A stretch of 64,000 bases of DNA from Williopsis jadinii (lineage: Eukaryota): contig AP024665.1 of the NCBI GenBank assembly GCA_024346625.1, positions 2,356,001 to 2,420,000 on the forward strand. The letters run 5' to 3'. The notes under the pieces were generated by a model. It saw only the letters and a list, made by a program, of their open reading frames with translations, did no database searches and was not told the origin of the DNA. The position numbers were made by a program, and so were the translations under genes. Positions 23,464 through 32,693 of this stretch are shown piece after piece. Each line of letters opens with the position of its first letter. The stretch's first letter is position 1.

Positions 23464-24987
23464 ATGGATACCTCGAATGCCAGGCATTCGACCTCGTCGT
23501 TGTCGTTTGTTCAGGACTTGACGAACCTGTTCACTGACAGCAAGGGATCAAACAGGAACGCCAGTACAGCGAGTATCTACTCGCTTGAGAAGAATGAGAA
23601 GGGCAGGACGAGACAGCAGCAGCAGCAGCAGCAGGGAGAGCAGAAGCAGGGAGAGTCTGTGGAGAAGACTCAGAAGGTGGACCAGCCACAGCAGCCGTCC
23701 TCGTCGTCTTCGCAGCTTACCGATATTCTTGTGGAGAAGCTGCTCTCCATGGCAATCCCACCGGCTACAGAGGTTGGTGCCGAGACACTGCAAGGAAGAA
23801 TACAGGCAGGGAAGTCGAGGCCAGCTCTGAGTGTTCAGACCATGAGTAAGAACTTCATACAGATGAACTCGAGGTTATCAGCGCCTTTTGAGTTCATCGA
23901 TAACGTTATAAGGTTCTTCTCGTGGGATCAACCGTCGTTGACCTTGACGGTGCTGATGCTGTACACACACGTTGTCCTGAACCCGCTGATCCTTCTGGGG
24001 GTGCCGTTCTTCTTCATGTTGATCTATGTAATGGCGCCTGCGTATGCTCTGGCCCATAAGCCTGGCTTCAACCCAAATTTGGGAAAGAACAACCCCATCG
24101 TGGCATCTGGGCCTCCTCTGATGGCTGTGGAGCCACCACAGCCGGCATCCGAGTTCTCGAAGGAGTTCATCTTGAACTTGACTGATCTTCAAAACCACAT
24201 GGTGCTGTATACCATGGCTTGGGACTTCTGCGTTAAATGGATGTCGAAGTTTGCCTTCTTCAAACATGAAACCGTGTCTGCAGCATTCTTCCTTGGTCTG
24301 CTGACAATGGGAGTATCTGCATTGGCTTTTGGAGATGTAATAGTGCATTACATCCCATTTAAGCTGATTCTATTGCTCTGTGGTTGGGGATTCACCATTA
24401 TATTCCACCCGTATTTCTACGATACAGTGTTCAACTGGGTTTACTCGGAAGATACCCGTTATTACTTCCTTGGGAAGACGAACAGGATAGAGGACGCCAT
24501 TGATAGAAACCTCAACTATCAGGAGCCTCAAGAACAGAGGGAGGTTGAGATTTTTGAAGTGCACGAGTTCAACAAGGAGTTAAAAGAATGGCAATTGGTT
24601 TGTTACTTAGATACAGATTTCACTGCAATGACACCTGAGAGGCTCAACTTGCACGAGACTGGCACCTCATCATTTGGAGCTATGTCAAAGAACGAGATCA
24701 GACCGCCTAAGGATTGGGGATTTGTCACTTCTGACGATTGGAGAATCGACCTGTCGCCTGAACAATGGGTTAAGATGCATTGTGTCTCGTACTTTGTCCG
24801 TATTGATAACGAGACCAAATGGGTATACGACATTGCGGATGAAACAAACCAATTCCAACCGAAATTCCGCAGAAGAAGATGGACAAGAATTGTGACTCGA
24901 TGTTCTACTCTTTCCCAGCATAATGAAAGCAACAACAGTACCAACAACAATGAGGAAGTTCTAACGACGAATGAATTCATCCTATAA
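23464..24987 (+). CDS. PEX29: Pex28/Pex29-family peroxin (reticulon-like plus dysferlin domain)
   Basis: RPALSVQTMSKNFIQMNSRL, NLTDLQNHM, REVEIFE and FRRRRWTR motifs. (CAG)7 polyQ at 23614-23634. Convergent with SNM1 as in S. cerevisiae. Confidence 0.88.
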   Translation: MDTSNARHSTSSLSFVQDLTNLFTDSKGSNRNASTASIYSLEKNEKGRTRQQQQQQQGEQKQGESVEKTQKVDQPQQPSSSSSQLTDILVEKLLSMAIPPATEVGAETLQGRIQAGKSRPALSVQTMSKNFIQMNSRLSAPFEFIDNVIRFFSWDQPSLTLTVLMLYTHVVLNPLILLGVPFFFMLIYVMAPAYALAHKPGFNPNLGKNNPIVASGPPLMAVEPPQPASEFSKEFILNLTDLQNHMVLYTMAWDFCVKWMSKFAFFKHETVSAAFFLGLLTMGVSALAFGDVIVHYIPFKLILLLCGWGFTIIFHPYFYDTVFNWVYSEDTRYYFLGKTNRIEDAIDRNLNYQEPQEQREVEIFEVHEFNKELKEWQLVCYLDTDFTAMTPERLNLHETGTSSFGAMSKNEIRPPKDWGFVTSDDWRIDLSPEQWVKMHCVSYFVRIDNETKWVYDIADETNQFQPKFRRRRWTRIVTRCSTLSQHNESNNSTNNNEEVLTTNEFIL

Positions 24988-25075
24988 GACGATTTAACGA
25001 TTATGCAGCACATCTATTAACGAACATATCAACAAGAAAAGAAAAAAAGTATCTAACACCATACAATACATTACA

Positions 25076-25639
25076 TCATAATTTCATAAAATCATCTAGA
25101 CTCAGTAGATTCGACTTCTTTTCCTTTTCCTCTGCTTGCTTCTTACTCTCTAAAAGATTTGACAGGTTATTCCTCTTCCTCTTCTTTGCCCTCTCCTTCG
25201 CCTTATTCTGTTTAACATCTTGATTGTTCTGGTTTGGATTCCATGTGGCAACAAAGGGCTTCTTTTCCACTGGCTTAGAAACCACAGGTGGTGTTGGCTT
25301 CAACAGTTCAAACGACATGGTTTTGTTGCACGTGAAGCACGATATCCGCAGGTTTCGATCTCGAGGTTTCTTCACCTTCTCTTCAGCTGTTGGCTTCCTA
25401 CTCTTCTTCGCCTTCTTTGAATACACGACCCTCATGCTCATGTTTATGCCAGCTATCAACACACAACCACAGTGACTGCAAAACTTTACCCCTTCACTAA
25501 TAACTGGTGGTAACAACAGTCCCCCATGACTGCATGTTTTCATGAACTTCCTCGTATACATCGCACCAACCGATGGTATGTTCGGTACAGCATGGGTTAC
25601 ATCATAGAGATGCTTGATGTTCTTTGTATATGTATCCAT
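25076..25639 (-). CDS. SNM1: RNase MRP subunit Snm1 (Rpr2 zinc family)
   Basis: KFCSHCGC and CFTC zinc motifs; C-terminal AKERAKKRKRNNLSNLL and LSLDDFMK; synteny. Confidence 0.85.
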   Translation of the reverse strand: MDTYTKNIKHLYDVTHAVPNIPSVGAMYTRKFMKTCSHGGLLLPPVISEGVKFCSHCGCVLIAGINMSMRVVYSKKAKKSRKPTAEEKVKKPRDRNLRISCFTCNKTMSFELLKPTPPVVSKPVEKKPFVATWNPNQNNQDVKQNKAKERAKKRKRNNLSNLLESKKQAEEKEKKSNLLSLDDFMKL

Positions 25640-25696
25640 CCTGCTGTGACTACGGCTTTTGTCTGTTCTTTTTTTTTACTTCGATGTTGATGATTT

Positions 25697-25705
25697 GCTC
25701 ATCTC
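25697..25705 (-). promoter_or_regulatory. PAC motif (GAGATGAGC) upstream of SNM1
   Basis: GCTCATCTC about 60 bp upstream of a ribosome biogenesis gene. Confidence 0.55.
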
Positions 25706-25777
25706 CTACGTTGCCTAAGTTTCTGTTCCAATTGTTTTTTTTTTCACGCCTACATGGAAAAGAAGCATAGATCATAA

Positions 25778-27706
25778 TCATTTGTGCGTAAGTTTGTAAA
25801 TCATTAGGTTGAAAAGTCCAAAGAGCTCTTGATCCTTTATGTTCTCCTTTATAGGGTTATCATCAAGGTTTAACTGGTGAATATCTTTGTAGCTTTGGAA
25901 AAACTTCACCAACTCTTCGAATGTCCCATCAATTGCGTTTCCCCTAAGGTTGAACACTTGAATATGTGAAAATAGTGTTTTAATTCTCGGAAGATCATCC
26001 ATGGACAAGCATCCTTCAATTATTCCGAGTTCTAAGAGATGCTTGTTGATGATGAAGCCTGGGTCTAGTAATCTCCTCAAGGACTTTTCCCCTTGGATCG
26101 TAAGCGATTCAAGATGTGGGAAGTTTCCTGAAACTACCGTAGAGCTAGATATGGTCAAGAGGCGTAAGTTTGACATCTTTGTTCGACATTCAAGTTTTGT
26201 CAACTTATCACAGCCCATTAGCTCTAATCTCTTCAAATTCGGTAACGGAGGTGCTATTTGAAGCTCGCTAAGGTTATGAATGTCGGACAATTTCAAGCAT
26301 CTCAGTTGGTTCAAATTAACATTTGTCAATGCCGTTATTTTATTCCTTGAGAGATCACAGGTTATCAAATCATGGAAATCGTACAGGGATAGATCGATGC
26401 TTCCCCTGATGCTGTTATTCGAAACGTCCAAATATTGAACAACTGGAAGATTTGCCAACACTTTGATCTTGTTACCGTTCAAAATAAGCTTCCGAAGGTT
26501 TGTGAGAGATTGAAACTGGTGAATGTTGGTGATTTCATTATTGCTGAGATCTAATGTGTGAAGATTTTGGAATTTCTCAAGATTCAGTACCTGCTCTGTA
26601 ATTTTATTATTTGCCAATGACAATGACTGTAAAGTTGGAGGCAACCCATCCAAAGTTGTGATTCTATTCGAACTCAGGTCTAACTCTTTCAAGCTCGGGA
26701 GGAAAGATTCCAAACCCTTCAATGTCACAATGTTACTATTAGATAGATTCACCTTTGTCACTCTGTCCCAATCACTTCCAGCAGGTACTGCATCGTTTAA
26801 GGCTGATATTAGACGCCTTTGAGACTGTGAATACGAAACATCTAAACTGGAAACATTTGTCACATATCCGGGATCAAATGCCGATACACCTTCACTGTGA
26901 TTGTGGTCACCCTCATCGTCGGATATCTCCAAATTGTATCTTCCTGGCTGTAGCTTTGGTTGGGTGGCTTTCGCCCCAGGATAAACCCATTTGCCATTCT
27001 CAAATATCATTCCCTCATCCAATGGAGTAATTAGCTTTATCTCCACCGGTTTCTTCTGTGGTGATTGCTCCAAATTCAATAACTTTGGTCTGGTTATCAG
27101 CACCGGTTTAGGCATTGGCGAGTCCTCATGCAGAATAAAAGGCCTCGTTGATGGGAACGACATTACTTTGTGGGTATGAGTACTTGGATTCGACAAGCCT
27201 CTCAGCATATCTTTATCTTCAAAACTGTAATCTGGAAGCTGATAAACGGATGGTTCAATAGAGGTATTTGACTTTGACGGTGTTTCATCGCACATGTACT
27301 CTCTCTTAATCTGCTCCCACGTCGAGTTGTTATCAATGTTAATCTCATCGTAATACTCCTTCTCTATGCTACGCTCCGACTCTGGCGGTGACGGCTCAGC
27401 ACAGTCCACGCTGCTAACAACCCTCTCCTGAGCCTTAGCAGACATGGCGTTCTTCACCTGAAGCCATTGGGCCTCCTCCCCATCTGAAGCACCTACTTTG
27501 TGCAACACCGTGTTATTATTATCATGGCACGTACGGTTCGTCTCGTGAAGCGTGCTCCCAATATAGGCATTCTCCTGATCAAACACTGCACCGCTCTTGA
27601 ACAAGGTACCGTCCTTCATTGTCGGAAGCACCGTCGTCGTTCCTGGCGTATTCAACGACAACTCTTTGAACTTCTGCCTGAGGTCCTTCGTGGGCGAGAA
27701 CTCCAT
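25778..27706 (-). CDS. NUD1: Spindle pole body LRR protein Nud1/Cdc11
   Basis: LITPLDEGMIFENGKW, VTNVSSLDVSYSQSQRRLISAL and C-terminal LRRs; divergent from NDD1. Confidence 0.85.
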   Translation of the reverse strand: MEFSPTKDLRQKFKELSLNTPGTTTVLPTMKDGTLFKSGAVFDQENAYIGSTLHETNRTCHDNNNTVLHKVGASDGEEAQWLQVKNAMSAKAQERVVSSVDCAEPSPPESERSIEKEYYDEINIDNNSTWEQIKREYMCDETPSKSNTSIEPSVYQLPDYSFEDKDMLRGLSNPSTHTHKVMSFPSTRPFILHEDSPMPKPVLITRPKLLNLEQSPQKKPVEIKLITPLDEGMIFENGKWVYPGAKATQPKLQPGRYNLEISDDEGDHNHSEGVSAFDPGYVTNVSSLDVSYSQSQRRLISALNDAVPAGSDWDRVTKVNLSNSNIVTLKGLESFLPSLKELDLSSNRITTLDGLPPTLQSLSLANNKITEQVLNLEKFQNLHTLDLSNNEITNIHQFQSLTNLRKLILNGNKIKVLANLPVVQYLDVSNNSIRGSIDLSLYDFHDLITCDLSRNKITALTNVNLNQLRCLKLSDIHNLSELQIAPPLPNLKRLELMGCDKLTKLECRTKMSNLRLLTISSSTVVSGNFPHLESLTIQGEKSLRRLLDPGFIINKHLLELGIIEGCLSMDDLPRIKTLFSHIQVFNLRGNAIDGTFEELVKFFQSYKDIHQLNLDDNPIKENIKDQELFGLFNLMIYKLTHK

Positions 27707-27778
27707 CGTATCCGCTCTACACCTGTTGCCCGTTGTGCGCGTGGCTGTTGAAGGTGAAGTTTGACGAGTATTAGAAAA

Positions 27779-28011
27779 GTAAACAAATCCTGGCGGCTAA
27801 AAATCAAAACAAAGGGGCAAGGGAACAAAAAGGTAAACAAACCACAAATGTAAACAAACCCCTCGGAATATATCTTGAAATTCGGCAATTTCAGTTGATC
27901 ACGCCCTCGGGTCTCGAATTTAGCCCCAAAACATGGCGTGCGTGCGCAAAAGCAAAACACACACACACACACACACGCTGAGAGTTTAAGGGAAGAAAAA
28001 AAAGTAAACAA
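27779..28011 (+). promoter_or_regulatory. Four forkhead (Fkh/Hcm1-type) GTAAACAA sites in the NUD1-NDD1 divergent promoter; (AC)10 at 27957-27976
   Basis: Exact 8-mers at 27779, 27833, 27850 and 28004. Confidence 0.75.
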
Positions 28012-28128
28012 AGGGATCGTGCAACAAAGCACACAACACAGCAACAACACCGGTGAAGAGAAGCTTTTGACGGAAGGAAACAGACAACAGACGGCTTTTC
28101 TCTTCTTTTCTGTGTCTCAAGCTTAGCG

Positions 28129-29202
28129 ATGAACAGGGATAATCAAGAACATGGTGGTACGCCACATCATAACATGGGAAACATGACGTACTCCAATGTC
28201 CACACCAGTGGGAGTAATGCCAACCATAGCTCTCTTGACTACGATTCATGGGTCTCAAGTATACAAGATGGGTTCTTCCAGGCGACCCCGATGACAAGCC
28301 ATATCCTGCAACAGAGCAATTTCATGAATAGCGTTGGGAGTAGCGGATCCATACCCTTGGGAGGGATTAACCTACTGAATACAGCTGGTCAGCCCGGTGT
28401 TCATGATTTTAACATGGACTTGGCGTTGAATACGCCAGAGAGGCTCTACAGGGACATCATCAACGAGTCACCAGTTCTGTCGAGAACGCCCCAGATTGGG
28501 CGTACCCCGTTGAGGTCATTGAACATGAACATGAACATCAGCACCCCCAATTTTCTAAAGAACATTGAAACGACAAACTTCTTCAACAACAACTTTGGGT
28601 CGGCAACGAAAACTTTCACGCCGTTGAAGAACCAGCTGTTCGCATCCAATGAGATGTTTCAAACTCCTCGTGACACCTCAAAGGATAACTCTGGAAACAT
28701 CGACTCATCTCCTACAACTATCCAGATGAACTCCTCGGCTGTCAAGGAAAGCGATGCTGTGCCAAACGTTACAAAGATCCTGCCACCATCACCGACGCCA
28801 GGGTCCATGATGGGCGGTTACAAACCGATTCCATCCAATTCAAGCATACCGAAAATGGGGTGCTTCAAAAAGATACCTACACAGGAACCGCCTAAGAAAT
28901 CTTCGAAAAATCAAAAGAATTCAACGATTCAAATCATTATGACTGATGTCAATTCATTTGCCAATAATAGCAAACCTACAAGGAGTAGGAAGAAAAAATT
29001 GACAAGATCTTCAACAGCAACAAACATTGGAGGATCGGTCAAAAAGAAATCCTCTCTAAAGAGAACATTGTCCCAACCACAGGCGAAGATTGGAACAATG
29101 ATTGGAAAAGATACATTGGTGAAAACTCAGACGCCCGTACAGTCGAATGTCTTTGAAAATCGTGAGGATATCCCTTCATTATTAAAACCGAAAGGTCAAT
29201 GA
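28129..29202 (+). CDS. NDD1: G2/M transcriptional coactivator Ndd1
   Basis: Low complexity with many TP/SP sites; SSPTTIQMNSS and IQIIMTDVNSF segments; divergent from NUD1 as in S. cerevisiae. Confidence 0.75.
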   Translation: MNRDNQEHGGTPHHNMGNMTYSNVHTSGSNANHSSLDYDSWVSSIQDGFFQATPMTSHILQQSNFMNSVGSSGSIPLGGINLLNTAGQPGVHDFNMDLALNTPERLYRDIINESPVLSRTPQIGRTPLRSLNMNMNISTPNFLKNIETTNFFNNNFGSATKTFTPLKNQLFASNEMFQTPRDTSKDNSGNIDSSPTTIQMNSSAVKESDAVPNVTKILPPSPTPGSMMGGYKPIPSNSSIPKMGCFKKIPTQEPPKKSSKNQKNSTIQIIMTDVNSFANNSKPTRSRKKKLTRSSTATNIGGSVKKKSSLKRTLSQPQAKIGTMIGKDTLVKTQTPVQSNVFENREDIPSLLKPKGQ

Positions 29203-29482
29203 AGCATTTGGGGGGATATATAGAAGGTGTGAGTTCATACATAATACACAGGGTGTATAAGCTTTTTGTTGGGAAAGTTCTTTCATGGGTTTAAGTGGTT
29301 TTTTCTTCTTGTTCTTTTGTCGATATTTGGTTTTGACTTAGACGTTGACATAGTTATTTGGTTTTCGTATGCGTGTTTCTTTTTTATCATATGCTTTGGA
29401 CATTGGTTTTTGTTATTATTACAGTACAGTTAATATACATTAGTTGTTATATATAGTACATTGGTATTTGATAGGTTTAGAT

Positions 29483-32244
29483 CTATTCCCCGATCCATTC
29501 CAGCACCCTCACAATGTCACCGTGGATCTCTTTGGAAGACGATCTAACATTGGAATTCTTCTCAACTTGTGAAAGGATTGAAGCCCAAATGTTGAACTTT
29601 TCCTTCGATCTGACCTGTGCCAATAATTCATCACGAAGCTGAATTGTGCTCAGGTACCTATTAGTCAATCCAGTAGTGTCATTGATAGCATCTCTCTGTT
29701 GTTTTTGCAACTTGGAGATAATCACTGCTGAAACCTCTCTAATCTTGGACTGTCTCTGTTGGTATTGGGAGTACCACAGATACAAAGTTGTAAAGATCAC
29801 CAAAGATGCCAAGACTCCAGTCACGTAGTACTTGTTTTCCTCGAATCTTTCGTAGACCTCCTTCTTGAATTTACAAGAGATACTCAACTTCAATGAAGAA
29901 TTCGATCTGAAAAGGACCTTTGAGGGCCCTTGTGGAATAACTGTCTCCTCTTCAGCTTCATCGGAGGAAATGTTCTCTTCGGTAGACTGGGGACTGCTAG
30001 ATTCGATAATTCGTACCTAAAGCTTTTGGTTAGTATTCTTTGATCTTCATCTTTAGCTAAGAGAGAACTTGCCTTACAATAATTTCAGGTTCCTTTTCAA
30101 GGTCCTCCAAGACCTTTGACCAAATATTATCAAACTCTTCATCACTAATTGATGGTTTCTTCGAATTGTAGAAAAACTCATAAAGTTCATCATCACTGAT
30201 TCCAACCTCTAAATCATCACCATCACCACACTTAACGGCGGCGTTTCTAGTTCTCAACAGGTCCAAACTCTTTGCAACGACTTCACTAATGGCATTCTCT
30301 TTCTCGTGATCTTTAACACAATAATCTGGGAAAGGGAAAACGTTGTAAAACTTGTACCACGGTTGGTTCACAATGTAGTCCTCTTTACACTTGATTGTCA
30401 ACTTTGGAAGGCAAATTGCATGTTCCGGGCATTTCAAGCATTGGGGTTTGTAATCCTGAAGGAAGTCATCCAATTGTTGAAGGTGAATATTCTCAGTGTA
30501 TGGGAAAGTTGGAACATCGATCTCTGAGCCACAATAGCCTATCAATATACGCTGTTCACGGTACCACAATCCACCAACAACAAGGACGCATAGCATGATG
30601 AACACCACTAGTTTTTGTAAGAAGTTGAAAATGCATCTCCATGGGATAGACAACGATAGCTTTGACTTGACCTCAACTGTCGTCTCATCCGCACCTTCCA
30701 CATCGACATCTTCGTCCTTAAATAAGTCATTCACTTGCTTAACTGCTTCATTGGTTTCATTAACCACAGATTCATAAGCGGATTCGATTTCGTTCTGAAG
30801 AGATTGTAATACATCTATTGAAGCTTCATCTTCATCTTCATGTTCGTCTTCAAGCTGTTCAGGATCTTCTTTCACAGCCACACTTTCTGTAGCTCCTTCT
30901 GTGACTCCTTCTGTGACTCCTTCTGTGACTCCTTCTGTTGTGTCATTCTCCTCAGCTTTAGGGGTCTTCTTGAACCACGAGGTGAGATTCTCACGTAACG
31001 ACGATTGGGCCTTAGAGTATGGTATTTTAGGTGTTCTAGATGGGGTCCCTTGGATGGAGCTTGCAATCGAAATGCGAGAAGCATTGCCACTCTGTGGTGT
31101 AGCATAATCAGTATCACGCACAACAGTGGTATTGTTTTGCTTGTCATCATCTGAAGAAACGTGGAAAACGTCGTCGGATTCTAGATTGTCTCCAACATTA
31201 GCACTTGCAATATAAGAGTTGTTCGCGCTGGTATCATTTGTTACCTCAATACTCTTTTCATTAGAGGTATCGAATTGAAGAGCTTCAGAACCTTTGAATT
31301 TCTCAGAGAAGGAATCGTTTTCGTCTTCAAATTTAGAAATTGTTAAGGATTTCTTCAATGGGGATTTCTCAGGTGATCTCTGTGGAGCTGGAGATGAAGA
31401 GAATGCCGTCTTCTTCAAAACTCTAGGGTTCTTTTTGGATACTTCCTTTTCCGGTGATTCGGTCGACTTGACACGTTTTTTAGGAATCACCTTTTTAAAG
31501 TCTGGAGACGATGGAATTGGCGATTGGAACACGTTATCATGAGAGAATGAAGATTCCAGCTTTGGATCGACTTTGAATGGAGAGACCCTGGTTTTCTCTA
31601 TCTTCTCAGTGTCTTCCTTGATCTTGGTCGGAGATTTTTCAGAGTTGGAAGCCACATGTCTTTTAGAGTCTGAACCTGACGCGACTCTTCTTGGAGATCT
31701 CTCTCTCTAACCCTGGGTTCGGGAGACTCCGCTTCTAATTTCGGGATATCCTTCAAATCGCCACTGGCAATTCTCGTTGGTCTTTTAGCAGTATCACTCT
31801 GTGCAACTCTTCTTGGTGATTTCCGTGTAGCGGCTGTTCTTGTTGTTTTGGTGGCAGAAATCTTTTCTGGACCGCCAATCACCTCAACACCTTCAGAATC
31901 AGAATCAGACTCGGGTTTTGCAGCGGGTGTCTTTGATCTACCGCTTCTGGCATTGTCCTTCTTCTCAATGATTTCAATCCCGTCACCCGCGGCAACAACG
32001 CTATTCAGCTCTTTCAACTTCTGTTCTGCAAGCGGTCTGATATGTTCATTGAACAAGTCCACCAGATGCTGCTTTCTTGCGGAAGACGGGTAGGCAACGT
32101 CGTTTTGGAGAAGAATGTTCCTCAAGTCCGCCATCTTGTGTTTGGCAGGATCGAAATCTAACCAGGTTAGTAAACATCCACTTGAAGTTGTTACAAACAA
32201 GACACCTCCGACTCACCTGGCTGCAAATACACCTCTGGGTCCAT
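29483..32244 (-). CDS. SRC1: Inner nuclear membrane LEM/HeH-MSC protein Src1/Heh1; exons 32244-32217, 32157-30078, 30016-29483; apparent frameshift near 31698-31708
   Basis: Intron 1 at 32158-32216 (GTGAGT, TACTAAC, TAG) gives MDPEVYLQPDFDPAKHKMADLRNIL. WYREQRILIGYCG and CLKCPEHAIC motifs. Intron 2 has TACTAAC at 30029-30035 and acceptor at 30017. Removing 2 nt from the (AG) run gives 879 aa. Confidence 0.88.
30893..30938. repeat. 12-bp coding minisatellite in SRC1 (TEGV-TEGV-TEGV-TEGA)
   Basis: CTCCTTCTGTGA repeated about 3.8 times. Confidence 0.9.
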
Positions 32245-32401
32245 CTTTTCAGATTGAGAAACGTGGAAATGTCAATAACAAAGGAAGCACCCGTCTGTGA
32301 TAGAAAGGCGGATGTGAACTCGCTGGAATTGAACCTGTGTTGTTGTTGTTTGTTTGTTGTTTGTTTACATTTTTGAACAATTACAAAAACAAAAACAAAC
32401 C

Positions 32402-32430
32402 ACACCCGAACACCCGCACACCCGCACACA
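32402..32430 (+). repeat. 8-bp-period repeat ACACCCG(A/C) x3.5, Rap1/telomere-like, in the SRC1-SNF1 promoter
   Basis: ACACCCGA ACACCCGC ACACCCGC ACACA; a forkhead site TTGTTTAC lies at 32361-32368. Confidence 0.7.
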
Positions 32431-32693
32431 GGGTAACGTTTGTGGTCGCGCACATCTTCAACCCGCCCGGTAGGGCCAGCAGCAGAGCAGCTGTCGACCC
32501 CAAAATGGGCCCAATTGGCTTCGACAAAGGAGACTCATAAACAGTTCAACTCCACTTCAGAGACCACCGTTAAATTGATAGTGCTCACTTTTGAAAGTCC
32601 CTTGGAACTTGTTCTTAAGCAGCTCTTTCACTTAAACATATACACACGCACAGATATACAAAGAGAGGGAGGCGAAGCAGTGAGCTGGACAGG

